Below the pieces are notes generated by a model. The model had not been told where the DNA came from. It ran no database searches and saw nothing but the letters and a program-made list of their open reading frames with translations. Positions 23,348 to 30,774 of a DNA stretch of 34,133 nt are shown piece by piece (positions within the stretch are counted from its first letter, which is position 1; every line of letters begins with the position of its first letter). The position numbers and the translations under genes are program-made. The stretch comes from an uncultured Thiotrichaceae bacterium (lineage in GTDB: Bacteria; Pseudomonadota; Gammaproteobacteria; SZUA-229), in NCBI GenBank assembly GCA_964425515.1, contig CAYRNH010000002.1, positions 1-34,133 of the forward strand, read 5' to 3'.

Positions 23348-24565
23348 GTGGCTGTCGGACTGTCCCAACCCGAAACTCTTATCCCCGTCGCGGGTGTGCG
23401 GCTGGCCACCTGTGCCAGCGGTATTAAAAAAAATGGTAAGCCCGATGTGGTGTTGATAGCGCTGGATGAAGGCAGCGTGTGCGCAGCGGTATTTACCCAG
23501 AACGCATTTTGTGCGGCTCCGGTCAGCGTCGCCAAAAAACATCTACAGCACAGTCAGCCACGAGCTTTGTTAATCAATGCCGGCAACGCCAATGCTGGCA
23601 CGGGTAAACAGGGTATGGCCGATGCCGAACAATCCTGCGACTGGGTCGCTACTGCGCTCGGCTGTCGTCCCGACCAGGTGCTGCCATTTTCAACCGGTGT
23701 GATCGGCGAACCGATGCCGATGCAAAAACTGCAGCAGGGAATCCAGACAAACTCAGCACAGCTTTCAGCTGATGGCTGGATGCAGGCAGCTGCTGGCATC
23801 ATGACCACTGACACCATGGCAAAAACCATATCCAGACAGTTCGAGCTCGATGGCAAGACCATTACATTGAGCGGATTTGTCAAAGGCGCGGGCATGATCT
23901 GTCCGAACATGGCAACCCTGCTAGCCTATGTGTTCACCGACGCGGTGGTCGATCAAAAATTTCTTCAGGCTGCGCTAACGAATGCGGTCGATAAAAGTTT
24001 TAACGCTATCAGTATCGATGGTGATACATCTACTAATGATGCCTGTGTAGTCGCTGCTACCGGCGTTGCCGGCAACAAACCGATTAGTGCAGATAGTGCT
24101 GCAGGCAAAACATTCAGCGATCATCTGGATGCAGTGTGCGCGCATCTGGCGCAGCTCGTAGTGCGCGACGGTGAAGGCGCCAGCAAATTCATTACCATCA
24201 ATGTGCAATCAGCACAGAGTGCCGATGAAGCGCGCCAGGTGGCGTATACCATTGCGCATTCACCGCTGGTGAAAACTGCATTCTTCGCCAGTGATCCAAA
24301 CTGGGGGCGAATACTCGCGGCCATTGGCAGAGCCGGTGTTGAAAATCTCGACATCGAAAAAGTTTCGATTGACCTCGATGATATCTGTATTGTCAGCGCG
24401 GGTGAGCGCGACGCACATTACACCGAGGCAAAGGGCAAGGCGGTGATGCAACAGGACGATATAAGCATCAACATAAACCTGAATCGCGGTACTGAAAACG
24501 CCACCGTGTGGACATCCGATCTGTCACACGAATATGTGCGTATCAACGCTGAATACAGAACCTGA
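23348..24565 (+). CDS. argJ: Bifunctional ornithine acetyltransferase / N-acetylglutamate synthase ArgJ, GTG start
   Basis: MAVGLS...PVAGVRLATCASGIKK N-terminus and the autoprocessing site context PNMATLLAYVFTDA. 405 aa. Confidence 0.93.
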   Translation: MAVGLSQPETLIPVAGVRLATCASGIKKNGKPDVVLIALDEGSVCAAVFTQNAFCAAPVSVAKKHLQHSQPRALLINAGNANAGTGKQGMADAEQSCDWVATALGCRPDQVLPFSTGVIGEPMPMQKLQQGIQTNSAQLSADGWMQAAAGIMTTDTMAKTISRQFELDGKTITLSGFVKGAGMICPNMATLLAYVFTDAVVDQKFLQAALTNAVDKSFNAISIDGDTSTNDACVVAATGVAGNKPISADSAAGKTFSDHLDAVCAHLAQLVVRDGEGASKFITINVQSAQSADEARQVAYTIAHSPLVKTAFFASDPNWGRILAAIGRAGVENLDIEKVSIDLDDICIVSAGERDAHYTEAKGKAVMQQDDISININLNRGTENATVWTSDLSHEYVRINAEYRT

Positions 24566-24583
24566 TCCGGCACGATTCAATTC

Positions 24584-25531
24584 GTGATCTCAAAAACAAT
24601 ACATGTTGCAGTCGCTGCTATCGTCAATCAGAATGGCGAAGTTTTTATCTGCAAGCGGCACGCAGATTCACATCAGGGTGGACTCTGGGAATTTCCCGGT
24701 GGCAAGGTCGAAGCCGGTGAAACCGTTCAGCAGGCACTGGTGCGTGAATTGCACGAAGAAACCGGAATTCAGATCACTGAGTCGCGCCCTCTGATTCGAG
24801 TGCATCATGATTATGGTGATCGATCGGTGCTACTCGATGTCTGGAAAGTACGACACTACACGGGTAATCCGCATGGGCGAGAAGCACAGCCGGTGCGCTG
24901 GACGTCCATGGCGTCGCTCGATCCCGAAGAGTTCCCTGCTGCAGATGTCGCCATCATCAAGGCGCTGCAATTACCCGAACGATACCTGATTACCGGAAAC
25001 TTTGATTCGGCAGAGGATTTCTCGCAGCGACTTTCTGATGCAATCAAAAATAATATCCGACTCGTACAACTAAGATTAAAAAACGACTGGTATCAGGACA
25101 ATAAGGCTCTCGGGCTGGAAGTTTTGCGCACCGCGGAAACATTATGCACAAATGCAAATGTGCGTTTGCTGCTCAATGTGCCCGAGCAGCTACGCGTAAA
25201 AAGCACATGCAAAAATATTCATGCTGATAGCACTATGTTAAATCGTTTGCAACAACGACCCGATTGCCAGTGGTTTTCAGCCTCCTGCCACACCATTGAC
25301 GATCTTAAAACAGCCGAAAAACTCAATGCTGATTTTGCCGTGCTTTCTCCCGTACAAAAAACAAACAGCCATCCAGAGGCTGAGCCATTGGGCTGGCCTG
25401 AATTTCAAACTCTAATCGATAATATCAATTTGCCTGTTTATGCTCTGGGTGGTGTAGGTGAGCATGACATTGAAACGGCGCACCTGTATGGTGGCCAGGG
25501 TGTGGCAGGCATTGGTGCATTCTGGAGATAA
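24584..25531 (+). CDS. mutT: Nudix (MutT-type) hydrolase fused to a ThiE/TenI-like domain, GTG start
   Basis: A perfect Nudix box GGKVEAGETVQQALVRELHEETGI occupies the first ~130 aa. The C-terminal ~185 aa (VQLRLKN...PVYALGGVGEHDIE...GVAGIGAFW) looks like a thiamine-phosphate-synthase/TenI-type barrel. Confidence 0.8.
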   Translation: MISKTIHVAVAAIVNQNGEVFICKRHADSHQGGLWEFPGGKVEAGETVQQALVRELHEETGIQITESRPLIRVHHDYGDRSVLLDVWKVRHYTGNPHGREAQPVRWTSMASLDPEEFPAADVAIIKALQLPERYLITGNFDSAEDFSQRLSDAIKNNIRLVQLRLKNDWYQDNKALGLEVLRTAETLCTNANVRLLLNVPEQLRVKSTCKNIHADSTMLNRLQQRPDCQWFSASCHTIDDLKTAEKLNADFAVLSPVQKTNSHPEAEPLGWPEFQTLIDNINLPVYALGGVGEHDIETAHLYGGQGVAGIGAFWR

Positions 25532-25742
25532 CTTGAGTAGTTTTAAATGAGACTGAGCGGCATCGCTGTAAAAAACTGTGAGTATGTTTCTTATGCTGTG
25601 CGCAATGCATAGTGCTGGAATGAATGTTTTGCCGGTTACACGATTGAGACTATTACGATTTAAGCAGTAGTTACCCGGGGGTATGGAACATGTACCGATG
25701 TTTCTCTCTCTCATAACAATGCGAAAAAGAGAGGAGTGAATC

Positions 25743-27158
25743 ATGAGTAATTCAGACCATTCAACATCGGATGCCTGGAATGAGGGTCCTGATGCTGGGC
25801 AGGTTAGAAGTACGGGCTGGAAAGAGTTGTGGCTCAAGGAAGACTGGTGGGCCATCTGGCTTGGTTTAGGTATCGTTATTGTGGCGTTTTTGTTTTTTAC
25901 CAATGGATCAAGTATTAAATGGATAGCTATTTTGCCACCCAGGAAGTGGACCGACTTCTCGGTTGTGACGCAGCACTTCGCCGCTCATTATGAGCAATAC
26001 ATCGCTCAATTTATTATGTGGGCAGTCGTCTTTGGTATCAGTCTGAAGGTGCTAGGACACAAGCTGTCAGAATTCTATCCATCGTTTTTGTTCATATACG
26101 TTTTCTCGATCGTTATTTTTGTGGTTGGGCAAAACAAATCGGTGACTAACCTCAATCTCGAACCACCTTTGCTGGCGTTACTGCTTGGCATGGCCGTTGC
26201 TAATTTTTCCAGATTGCCAAAATGGATGGATACCGGGTTCCGCGTTGAGTACTACATAAAGACGGGTATTGTGCTTCTCGGCGCTACCTTGCCGTTTACC
26301 TTAATTGTGTGGGCCGGGCCGGTGGCTATTGTTCAGGCGTCTATTGTTTCGATTTCGACATTCACCGTGATCTTTTTTGTTGCGAAAAAAATGGGGCTTG
26401 ATCGACGGCTGGCTGCAACGCTGGGCGCCGGTGGTGCAGTGTGCGGGGTTTCCGGTGCGATTGCTATTGCCGGTGCGGTGGGCGCTAAAAAGGAACATGC
26501 GCCAATCGCGATCACTCTGGTGATTGTCTGGGCTATTGTAATGATCTTTGTTTTGCCGCTGGTATCGAAGAGCATGCATCTGCCAGTCGGCGTCGCCGGA
26601 GCCTGGATCGGAACATCAGAATTTGCTGATGCCGCCGGTTTTGCTGCCGCGCACACCTATGGTGAATTCGCTGGGCAGCCTGGTATCGCGGGTAATCCTG
26701 ATGATGCAGTCAAGGCATTCACTCTGATGAAGGTGGTGGGCCGTGACGTGTGGATCGGTATCTGGGCTTTCGTTCTGGCCCTGGTGGCTACATCACGGTG
26801 GGAGCGCAAGTCAGGATCGAAGCCAAATCCTGCAGAAATCTGGTGGCGTTTTCCAAAATTCGTCATTGGCTTTTTGATAGCGTCAATTATCACGACACTC
26901 ATTGCGACTCACTATGGTGTTGCTGAATATAGAAAGGTTGTGAAGCCTGAGATGGTCGGTCCAATCAAGGATCTGAGGACCTGGGCATTTATCTTCTGTT
27001 TCTTTAGTATTGGACTGACAACGCGCTTCCGTGAGTTGGCGCATGCGGGTAGTAAGCCATTCTTGGCATTTACTGCAGGTGTGGTGGTTAACGTGATTCT
27101 CGGCTTTATCCTGTCGACGATTGTGTTTGCAAGTTACTGGACGAACTTGAATCACTAA
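25743..27158 (+). CDS. Polytopic membrane protein, YeiH/UPF0324-like (putative sulfate-exporter family), 471 aa
   Basis: About 11-12 hydrophobic segments. The glycine-rich segment GAGGAVCGVSGAIAIAGAVGAKKEH resembles the conserved YeiH-family loop. Strong SD AGAGGAG lies upstream. The family call is from memory and was not searched. Confidence 0.5.
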   Translation: MSNSDHSTSDAWNEGPDAGQVRSTGWKELWLKEDWWAIWLGLGIVIVAFLFFTNGSSIKWIAILPPRKWTDFSVVTQHFAAHYEQYIAQFIMWAVVFGISLKVLGHKLSEFYPSFLFIYVFSIVIFVVGQNKSVTNLNLEPPLLALLLGMAVANFSRLPKWMDTGFRVEYYIKTGIVLLGATLPFTLIVWAGPVAIVQASIVSISTFTVIFFVAKKMGLDRRLAATLGAGGAVCGVSGAIAIAGAVGAKKEHAPIAITLVIVWAIVMIFVLPLVSKSMHLPVGVAGAWIGTSEFADAAGFAAAHTYGEFAGQPGIAGNPDDAVKAFTLMKVVGRDVWIGIWAFVLALVATSRWERKSGSKPNPAEIWWRFPKFVIGFLIASIITTLIATHYGVAEYRKVVKPEMVGPIKDLRTWAFIFCFFSIGLTTRFRELAHAGSKPFLAFTAGVVVNVILGFILSTIVFASYWTNLNH

Positions 27159-27173
27159 TCTGAATTGAATGAG

Positions 27174-27202
27174 GCGGTTGCGTAGCACTGGCTACGGGCC
27201 GC
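27174..27202 (+). terminator. Weak candidate stem-loop after the membrane-protein gene
   Basis: GCGGTTGCGTAGC-actg-GCTACGGGCCGC has a 6-bp perfect inner stem, then one bulged G, two G-U pairs and four G-C pairs. It is followed only by a poor T-tract (tgcatttgtagtttg). Confidence 0.3.
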
Positions 27203-27252
27203 TGCATTTGTAGTTTGTCTGTGCTTTAATTGATGATGTCCGAGAGGTAACC

Positions 27253-27453
27253 ATGCAGGAACAACCCGCCAATATGCGCTGTATTCATTGTGCTCATTTT
27301 CGCAATTCACCCGCCTATCTAGAGGATGTGTATAAAGGGCTCAATACGCTCAGCTCAGGTAATGCTTCGGTTCGAATGGATGATGGAATTTGTCTGATAA
27401 ACGATGAATATCTGTCCGCAGCGGACTGGTGCGATAGTTTTGAAAAGGCCTGA
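27253..27453 (+). CDS. Hypothetical 66-aa Cys4 protein (CxxC...C...C)
   Basis: ORF with a good SD (GAGAGG, 5 nt spacing). Cys at residues 10, 13, 47 and 60. No family recognised. Confidence 0.5.
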   Translation: MQEQPANMRCIHCAHFRNSPAYLEDVYKGLNTLSSGNASVRMDDGICLINDEYLSAADWCDSFEKA

Positions 27454-28001
27454 ATCCGAATAGGGTTGTTACTGAAATGTTCGTTTGCCGCATATTAGCT
27501 TTTAAATCAAAGTAATAGTATTAGCGAGCGCATCAGACCGTTGGAAATGATATCTACTGCTGTTTCATTCGCTTTCACCGAACCTGAAGACAAAATAATA
27601 CTGGCGGATTTTGTAATCCAGCGCTTAAAAGATGACCGTGCGAAAAAACCCTGGTTTAGCTGCAGCGTTGTTTTGTCACTACACATGACATAATTGAGTG
27701 CTCCCGTTTATGGCTTCAATATGGAACAAGTAGTAGAACAGGCCTGGAAGCCGAATCCCGGAGTAAAGCCATCTTGCCTGACACCCCATTTTGCTCAGAC
27801 CGTATCGTGACGTGCCCTGGTCTATGTATCCCTGATGAGTGTGCCATACGAGCCTGAAATCCCGCCGTATAAGCAAAAAATGCTGTGAAAACATGCTCTT
27901 CGTCGAATTATGTGCTACACACATAGTGCTGCCAACCAGAATGATGGGGCTACATAATAATGGCAGGGATAAGCGATTTCTAATTAACAGGGTATGTAGA
28001 C

Positions 28002-29306
28002 ATGTCCGTTGCCGCTTCTAGTAGAAAACTTCACTCGAACAGACTGTTGTTTGCTTTGCTTGTTCCAATGATAGTGCTCTTTATTCTTGGTGCGATTGTA
28101 TTTCATCAGTATATTCCAGTGCTAATAGAAAAAAGCATACTTAACGACACTATAAGTTCATCAGAGCAGGCGATCGCAAACTACATTACTCTAATATTTA
28201 TAGCGATTGGCGTTGTGTCGCTGTTGCTAACAGCATGGATATTCAGAGTTAAAATAGCTTATCCACTGGCTGATGCCTCTGGTATTGCTAAGAAAATATC
28301 CGATGGTGATTTAAGAGCCGACGGAGAGTCGTTTTCGGATGACGATGTTGGTGCACTTCGGGTTGCGTTGAACACGATGAAAACAAAATTGGCCACCGTG
28401 ATTAGTGGTATTCGTGAAGGTGCGCATAGGGTTAGTGATTCTGCTGAACAGGTTTCACAGGGTAATATTAACCTGAGTCAGCGTACCCAGGAACAGGCGT
28501 CGAGCCTGGAAGAAGTGGCGTCTACCATGGAGCAGATGACTGAGACGGTTAATCACAATTCAGAAAACGCTACACAGGCAAAAAATCTTGCGAGTGAGAC
28601 AAATGAAATAGCTAAGAAAAGCCTGGTAGTTGTTAGTAGCACAATTGGTGCTATGGCAACCATTGAAAAGTCTAATAAGAAAATTGCCGATATTATTACT
28701 GTGATACAAAATATTGCCTTTCAGACAAACTTGCTGGCATTGAATGCGGCGGTTGAAGCTGCGCGTGCTGGTGAACAGGGTCGTGGATTCGCGGTTGTCG
28801 CGAGCGAAGTAAGAGACCTGGCCGGGCGCAGTGCGAATGCCGCGAAAGAAATAAAAGAGCTTATTGATGACAGTGTAAGCAATGTTGCAGATGGTTCGGA
28901 TCTCATCGATGAAACAGGTGAGGCATTAAGCGAGATCGCAGTCGCAGTCGATAACGTTAGTTCGATGATCGCGGAGATCGCGGCCGCCAGTAAGGAGCAG
29001 TCTCTGGGTATCAGTCAGGTCAATAAGGCGATACTGCAAATGGATGAAATGACACAGTCAAATGCCTCGCTTGTTGAGGAAGCGGCGGCCGCCAGCGAAG
29101 CGCTCGGTGCTCAGGCTGAAGAGCTCACATCTCTGGTATCCTACTTTAAATTAAGCGATTCAATGCCTGCACTGGAGAGTGCTCGTAAAATTAACCCAGG
29201 AAGCAAGTATCGTGAGACAGAAAAGCTTTCATCTCAGGCGGCATTGCCGCCCAGGCATAATGAAGGAACCAGCACGGATGAAGATGATGAATGGAAGGAT
29301 TTCTAA
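28002..29306 (+). CDS. Methyl-accepting chemotaxis protein with minimal periplasmic loop, HAMP domain and C-terminal xWxxF pentapeptide
   Basis: The highly conserved hairpin tip is present: [41 protein letters not shown]. Two TM segments (about aa 15-34 and 62-81) are separated by about 27 aa. The protein ends in EWKDF. Confidence 0.93.
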   Translation: MSVAASSRKLHSNRLLFALLVPMIVLFILGAIVFHQYIPVLIEKSILNDTISSSEQAIANYITLIFIAIGVVSLLLTAWIFRVKIAYPLADASGIAKKISDGDLRADGESFSDDDVGALRVALNTMKTKLATVISGIREGAHRVSDSAEQVSQGNINLSQRTQEQASSLEEVASTMEQMTETVNHNSENATQAKNLASETNEIAKKSLVVVSSTIGAMATIEKSNKKIADIITVIQNIAFQTNLLALNAAVEAARAGEQGRGFAVVASEVRDLAGRSANAAKEIKELIDDSVSNVADGSDLIDETGEALSEIAVAVDNVSSMIAEIAAASKEQSLGISQVNKAILQMDEMTQSNASLVEEAAAASEALGAQAEELTSLVSYFKLSDSMPALESARKINPGSKYRETEKLSSQAALPPRHNEGTSTDEDDEWKDF

Positions 29307-29578
29307 CACCTGTTTTCTGGCGTCGGGTGTGTAATAAAATAACTGTTATCCCCCCGCTACTCATGGGCGAGATTGCTGCCCTGATCTAGCGCTGCATTCG
29401 ATATCGGGTCTATGCTGTCGGCGCGCGAAAAATAAAGCCTGGCGGAGCTAATTTCCATATATTTCAAGACAATTCATCTTGCCGCGCGGTGTAAACCGGT
29501 CGACAGTTAGTCTGAAACGCATCTCTGATTTACGCTATCATACTGGTGATATATAACCATATTTACGAGATTTGTTCG

Positions 29579-30181
29579 ATGTCAGATCATTTTAATGAAA
29601 AAGCAAAAACCTGGGACGCAGATGAGATGGTTAAAAAACTGTCGTCGGCAGTTGGTTCGTCAATCTTAAGTAACATATCGCTGGATCCGGGCATGGTCGT
29701 CATGGATTTTGGCGCAGGGACTGGTCTGATTAGCTCGCATGTAGCCCCCCGGGTGAAAAAAATTATTGCTGTGGATGTTTCCGCGGCTATGCTGGAAAAG
29801 CTGGCGGCCAAGACGGAACTGAAAAATAAGGTGAGCACCATCTGTCAGGATATTCTGGAACAACCGCTAGCCGAAAAATTCGATCTGATCATGAGTGCTA
29901 TGGCGATGCATCATGTGGAAGATACTGACAGACTTATTCATAAATTCTCCGAGCATCTGAAACAAGATGCTTTGGTTGCGCTGGCTGATCTTGATAAAGA
30001 AGATGGTAGTTTTCATCCGGATGGTACGGAAGGTGTGTACCATTCTGGTTTTGAGCGAGATGATCTGCAGCGTATGCTGGAGAAGCATGGTTTTGAAGAT
30101 GTGCGTTTTTACACGGCGCATACGGTCGAGAAGAACGATAATCGGTATCCAGTATTTCTGGTTTCAGCCAGAAAAGCTTAA
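29579..30181 (+). CDS. Class I SAM-dependent methyltransferase (about 200 aa)
   Basis: Motif I VMDFGAGTGLIS, motif II-like AVDVSAAML, and the post-I/III segment DLIMSAMAMHHV. The track ORF begins at GTG 29546; ATG 29579 (MSDHFNEKAKTWD) is the more likely start. Confidence 0.8.
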   Translation: MSDHFNEKAKTWDADEMVKKLSSAVGSSILSNISLDPGMVVMDFGAGTGLISSHVAPRVKKIIAVDVSAAMLEKLAAKTELKNKVSTICQDILEQPLAEKFDLIMSAMAMHHVEDTDRLIHKFSEHLKQDALVALADLDKEDGSFHPDGTEGVYHSGFERDDLQRMLEKHGFEDVRFYTAHTVEKNDNRYPVFLVSARKA

Positions 30182-30306
30182 TGCTTTTTGCTGCTTATTC
30201 TGTAAAAAATAAAAAAGTCTTTTCTAATTGCCACTTAATCTAGTCAGATAAAATATCAATACGCTGTGTATTTTCAACAGCAGTATTTTCTGGTGCATAT
30301 ATTTCA

Positions 30307-30641
30307 ATGAAGCAGACTACATAAGGGTGTTCCTTCGCTCTCGATGATTTTGGTTGTGGGTTGTCATCTTTTGCCTATCTTAAGCACCTGAAGATAGATT
30401 ATCTCAAGATCGACGGTATGTTCGTACGTGATATAGTCGATGACCGATTAATCGCGCCATGGTTAAATCGATTAACGAAATTGGCCATGTAATGGGCAAA
30501 AAAACCATTGCTTAATTTGTTGAAAACGATGCTGTGCTGGCATTGCTACGCAGTATCGGAGTAGACTAGGTACGGGGTTATGGTATAGAAAATCCGATTT
30601 TACCAAGTGATTTCAAATGCCTGGAAATACTGGACGCCTGA
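30307..30641 (+). pseudogene. Decayed 3' remnant of an EAL-domain (c-di-GMP phosphodiesterase) gene
   Basis: The frame from 30334 reads FALDDFGCGLSSFAYLKHLKIDYLKIDGMFVRDIVDD. After a 1-nt frame change near 30444 it continues PINRAMVKSINEIGHVMGKKTIA*FVENDAVLALLRSIGVD*VRGYGIENPILP, with in-frame TAA (30513-30515) and TAG (30567-30569). No N-terminal half of the domain is present. The 5' boundary is approximate. Confidence 0.8.
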
Positions 30642-30738
30642 TATTAAATATCTGTCTTTCGGATCCGTGTTGTCTAGTCTCCAGTCATGTAAATGATACG
30701 GATTTTGTTGATCTGAATCATCGTCAGTAAATTCAGTT

Positions 30739-30767
30739 TTGACCCGGGCTGGCGCACTTGCTAATGT
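30739..30767 (+). promoter_or_regulatory. Candidate sigma70 promoter abutting the sps start codon
   Basis: TTGACC at 30739-30744, a 17-nt spacer, then TAATGT at 30762-30767. The sps ATG (30775) begins 8 nt after the -10, and there is no SD in between. Confidence 0.35.
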
Positions 30768-30774
30768 GTTTACA

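Noticed and set aside
22964-23542. 192-aa minus-strand ORF spanning the secA 3' end, the secA-argJ spacer and the argJ 5' end
   Set aside because: It overlaps two strongly supported genes. The sequence is low-complexity and Arg/Leu/Phe-rich with no family resemblance, so it is most likely a frame artefact.
25412-25903. 163-aa minus-strand ORF bridging the mutT-fusion 3' end and the membrane-protein 5' end
   Set aside because: It overlaps both flanking genes by more than 100 nt each and has no recognisable domain. The intergenic part is better explained as the leader of the downstream + strand gene.
27369-27377. GGTTCGAAT, a tRNA T-loop-like motif
   Set aside because: The flanking bases (ttcgg / ggatg) are not complementary, so no T-arm or cloverleaf can form. 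The motif lies inside the 66-aa ORF.
27547-27693. 48-aa + strand ORF (MISTAVSFAFTEPEDKIILADFVIQRLKDDRAKKPWF...) in the 548-nt gap
   Set aside because: It has only a weak SD (tggaa), no recognisable family and no coupling to neighbours. There is not enough evidence to call it a gene, though it could be a gene fragment.
27832-27859. CTGATGAG ... GAAA, resembling the hammerhead ribozyme core
   Set aside because: The intervening sequence (tgtgccatacgagcct) cannot form the required stem II, and I could not build flanking stems I/III or find a cleavage-site triplet context. This is a chance match to short motifs.
27679-27924. 81-aa minus-strand ORF in the gap upstream of the MCP
   Set aside because: It has no SD or promoter context that I could identify. 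Its composition and sequence are not protein-like in any family I know, so it is probably spurious.
29307-29345. Possible terminator after the MCP (ACACC...GGTGT) and an 11-bp near-palindrome ATAACtGTTAT
   Set aside because: The stem is only 5 bp with a 15-nt loop and no U-tract. The palindrome is short and AT-rich, so neither rises above chance expectation.
30739-30774. TTG 30739 as the sps start, as given in the ORF track
   Set aside because: The extra 12 residues (MTRAGALANVFT) precede the conserved SPS N-terminus, have no SD, and coincide with the candidate -35/-10 promoter. ATG 30775 is preferred but not proven.
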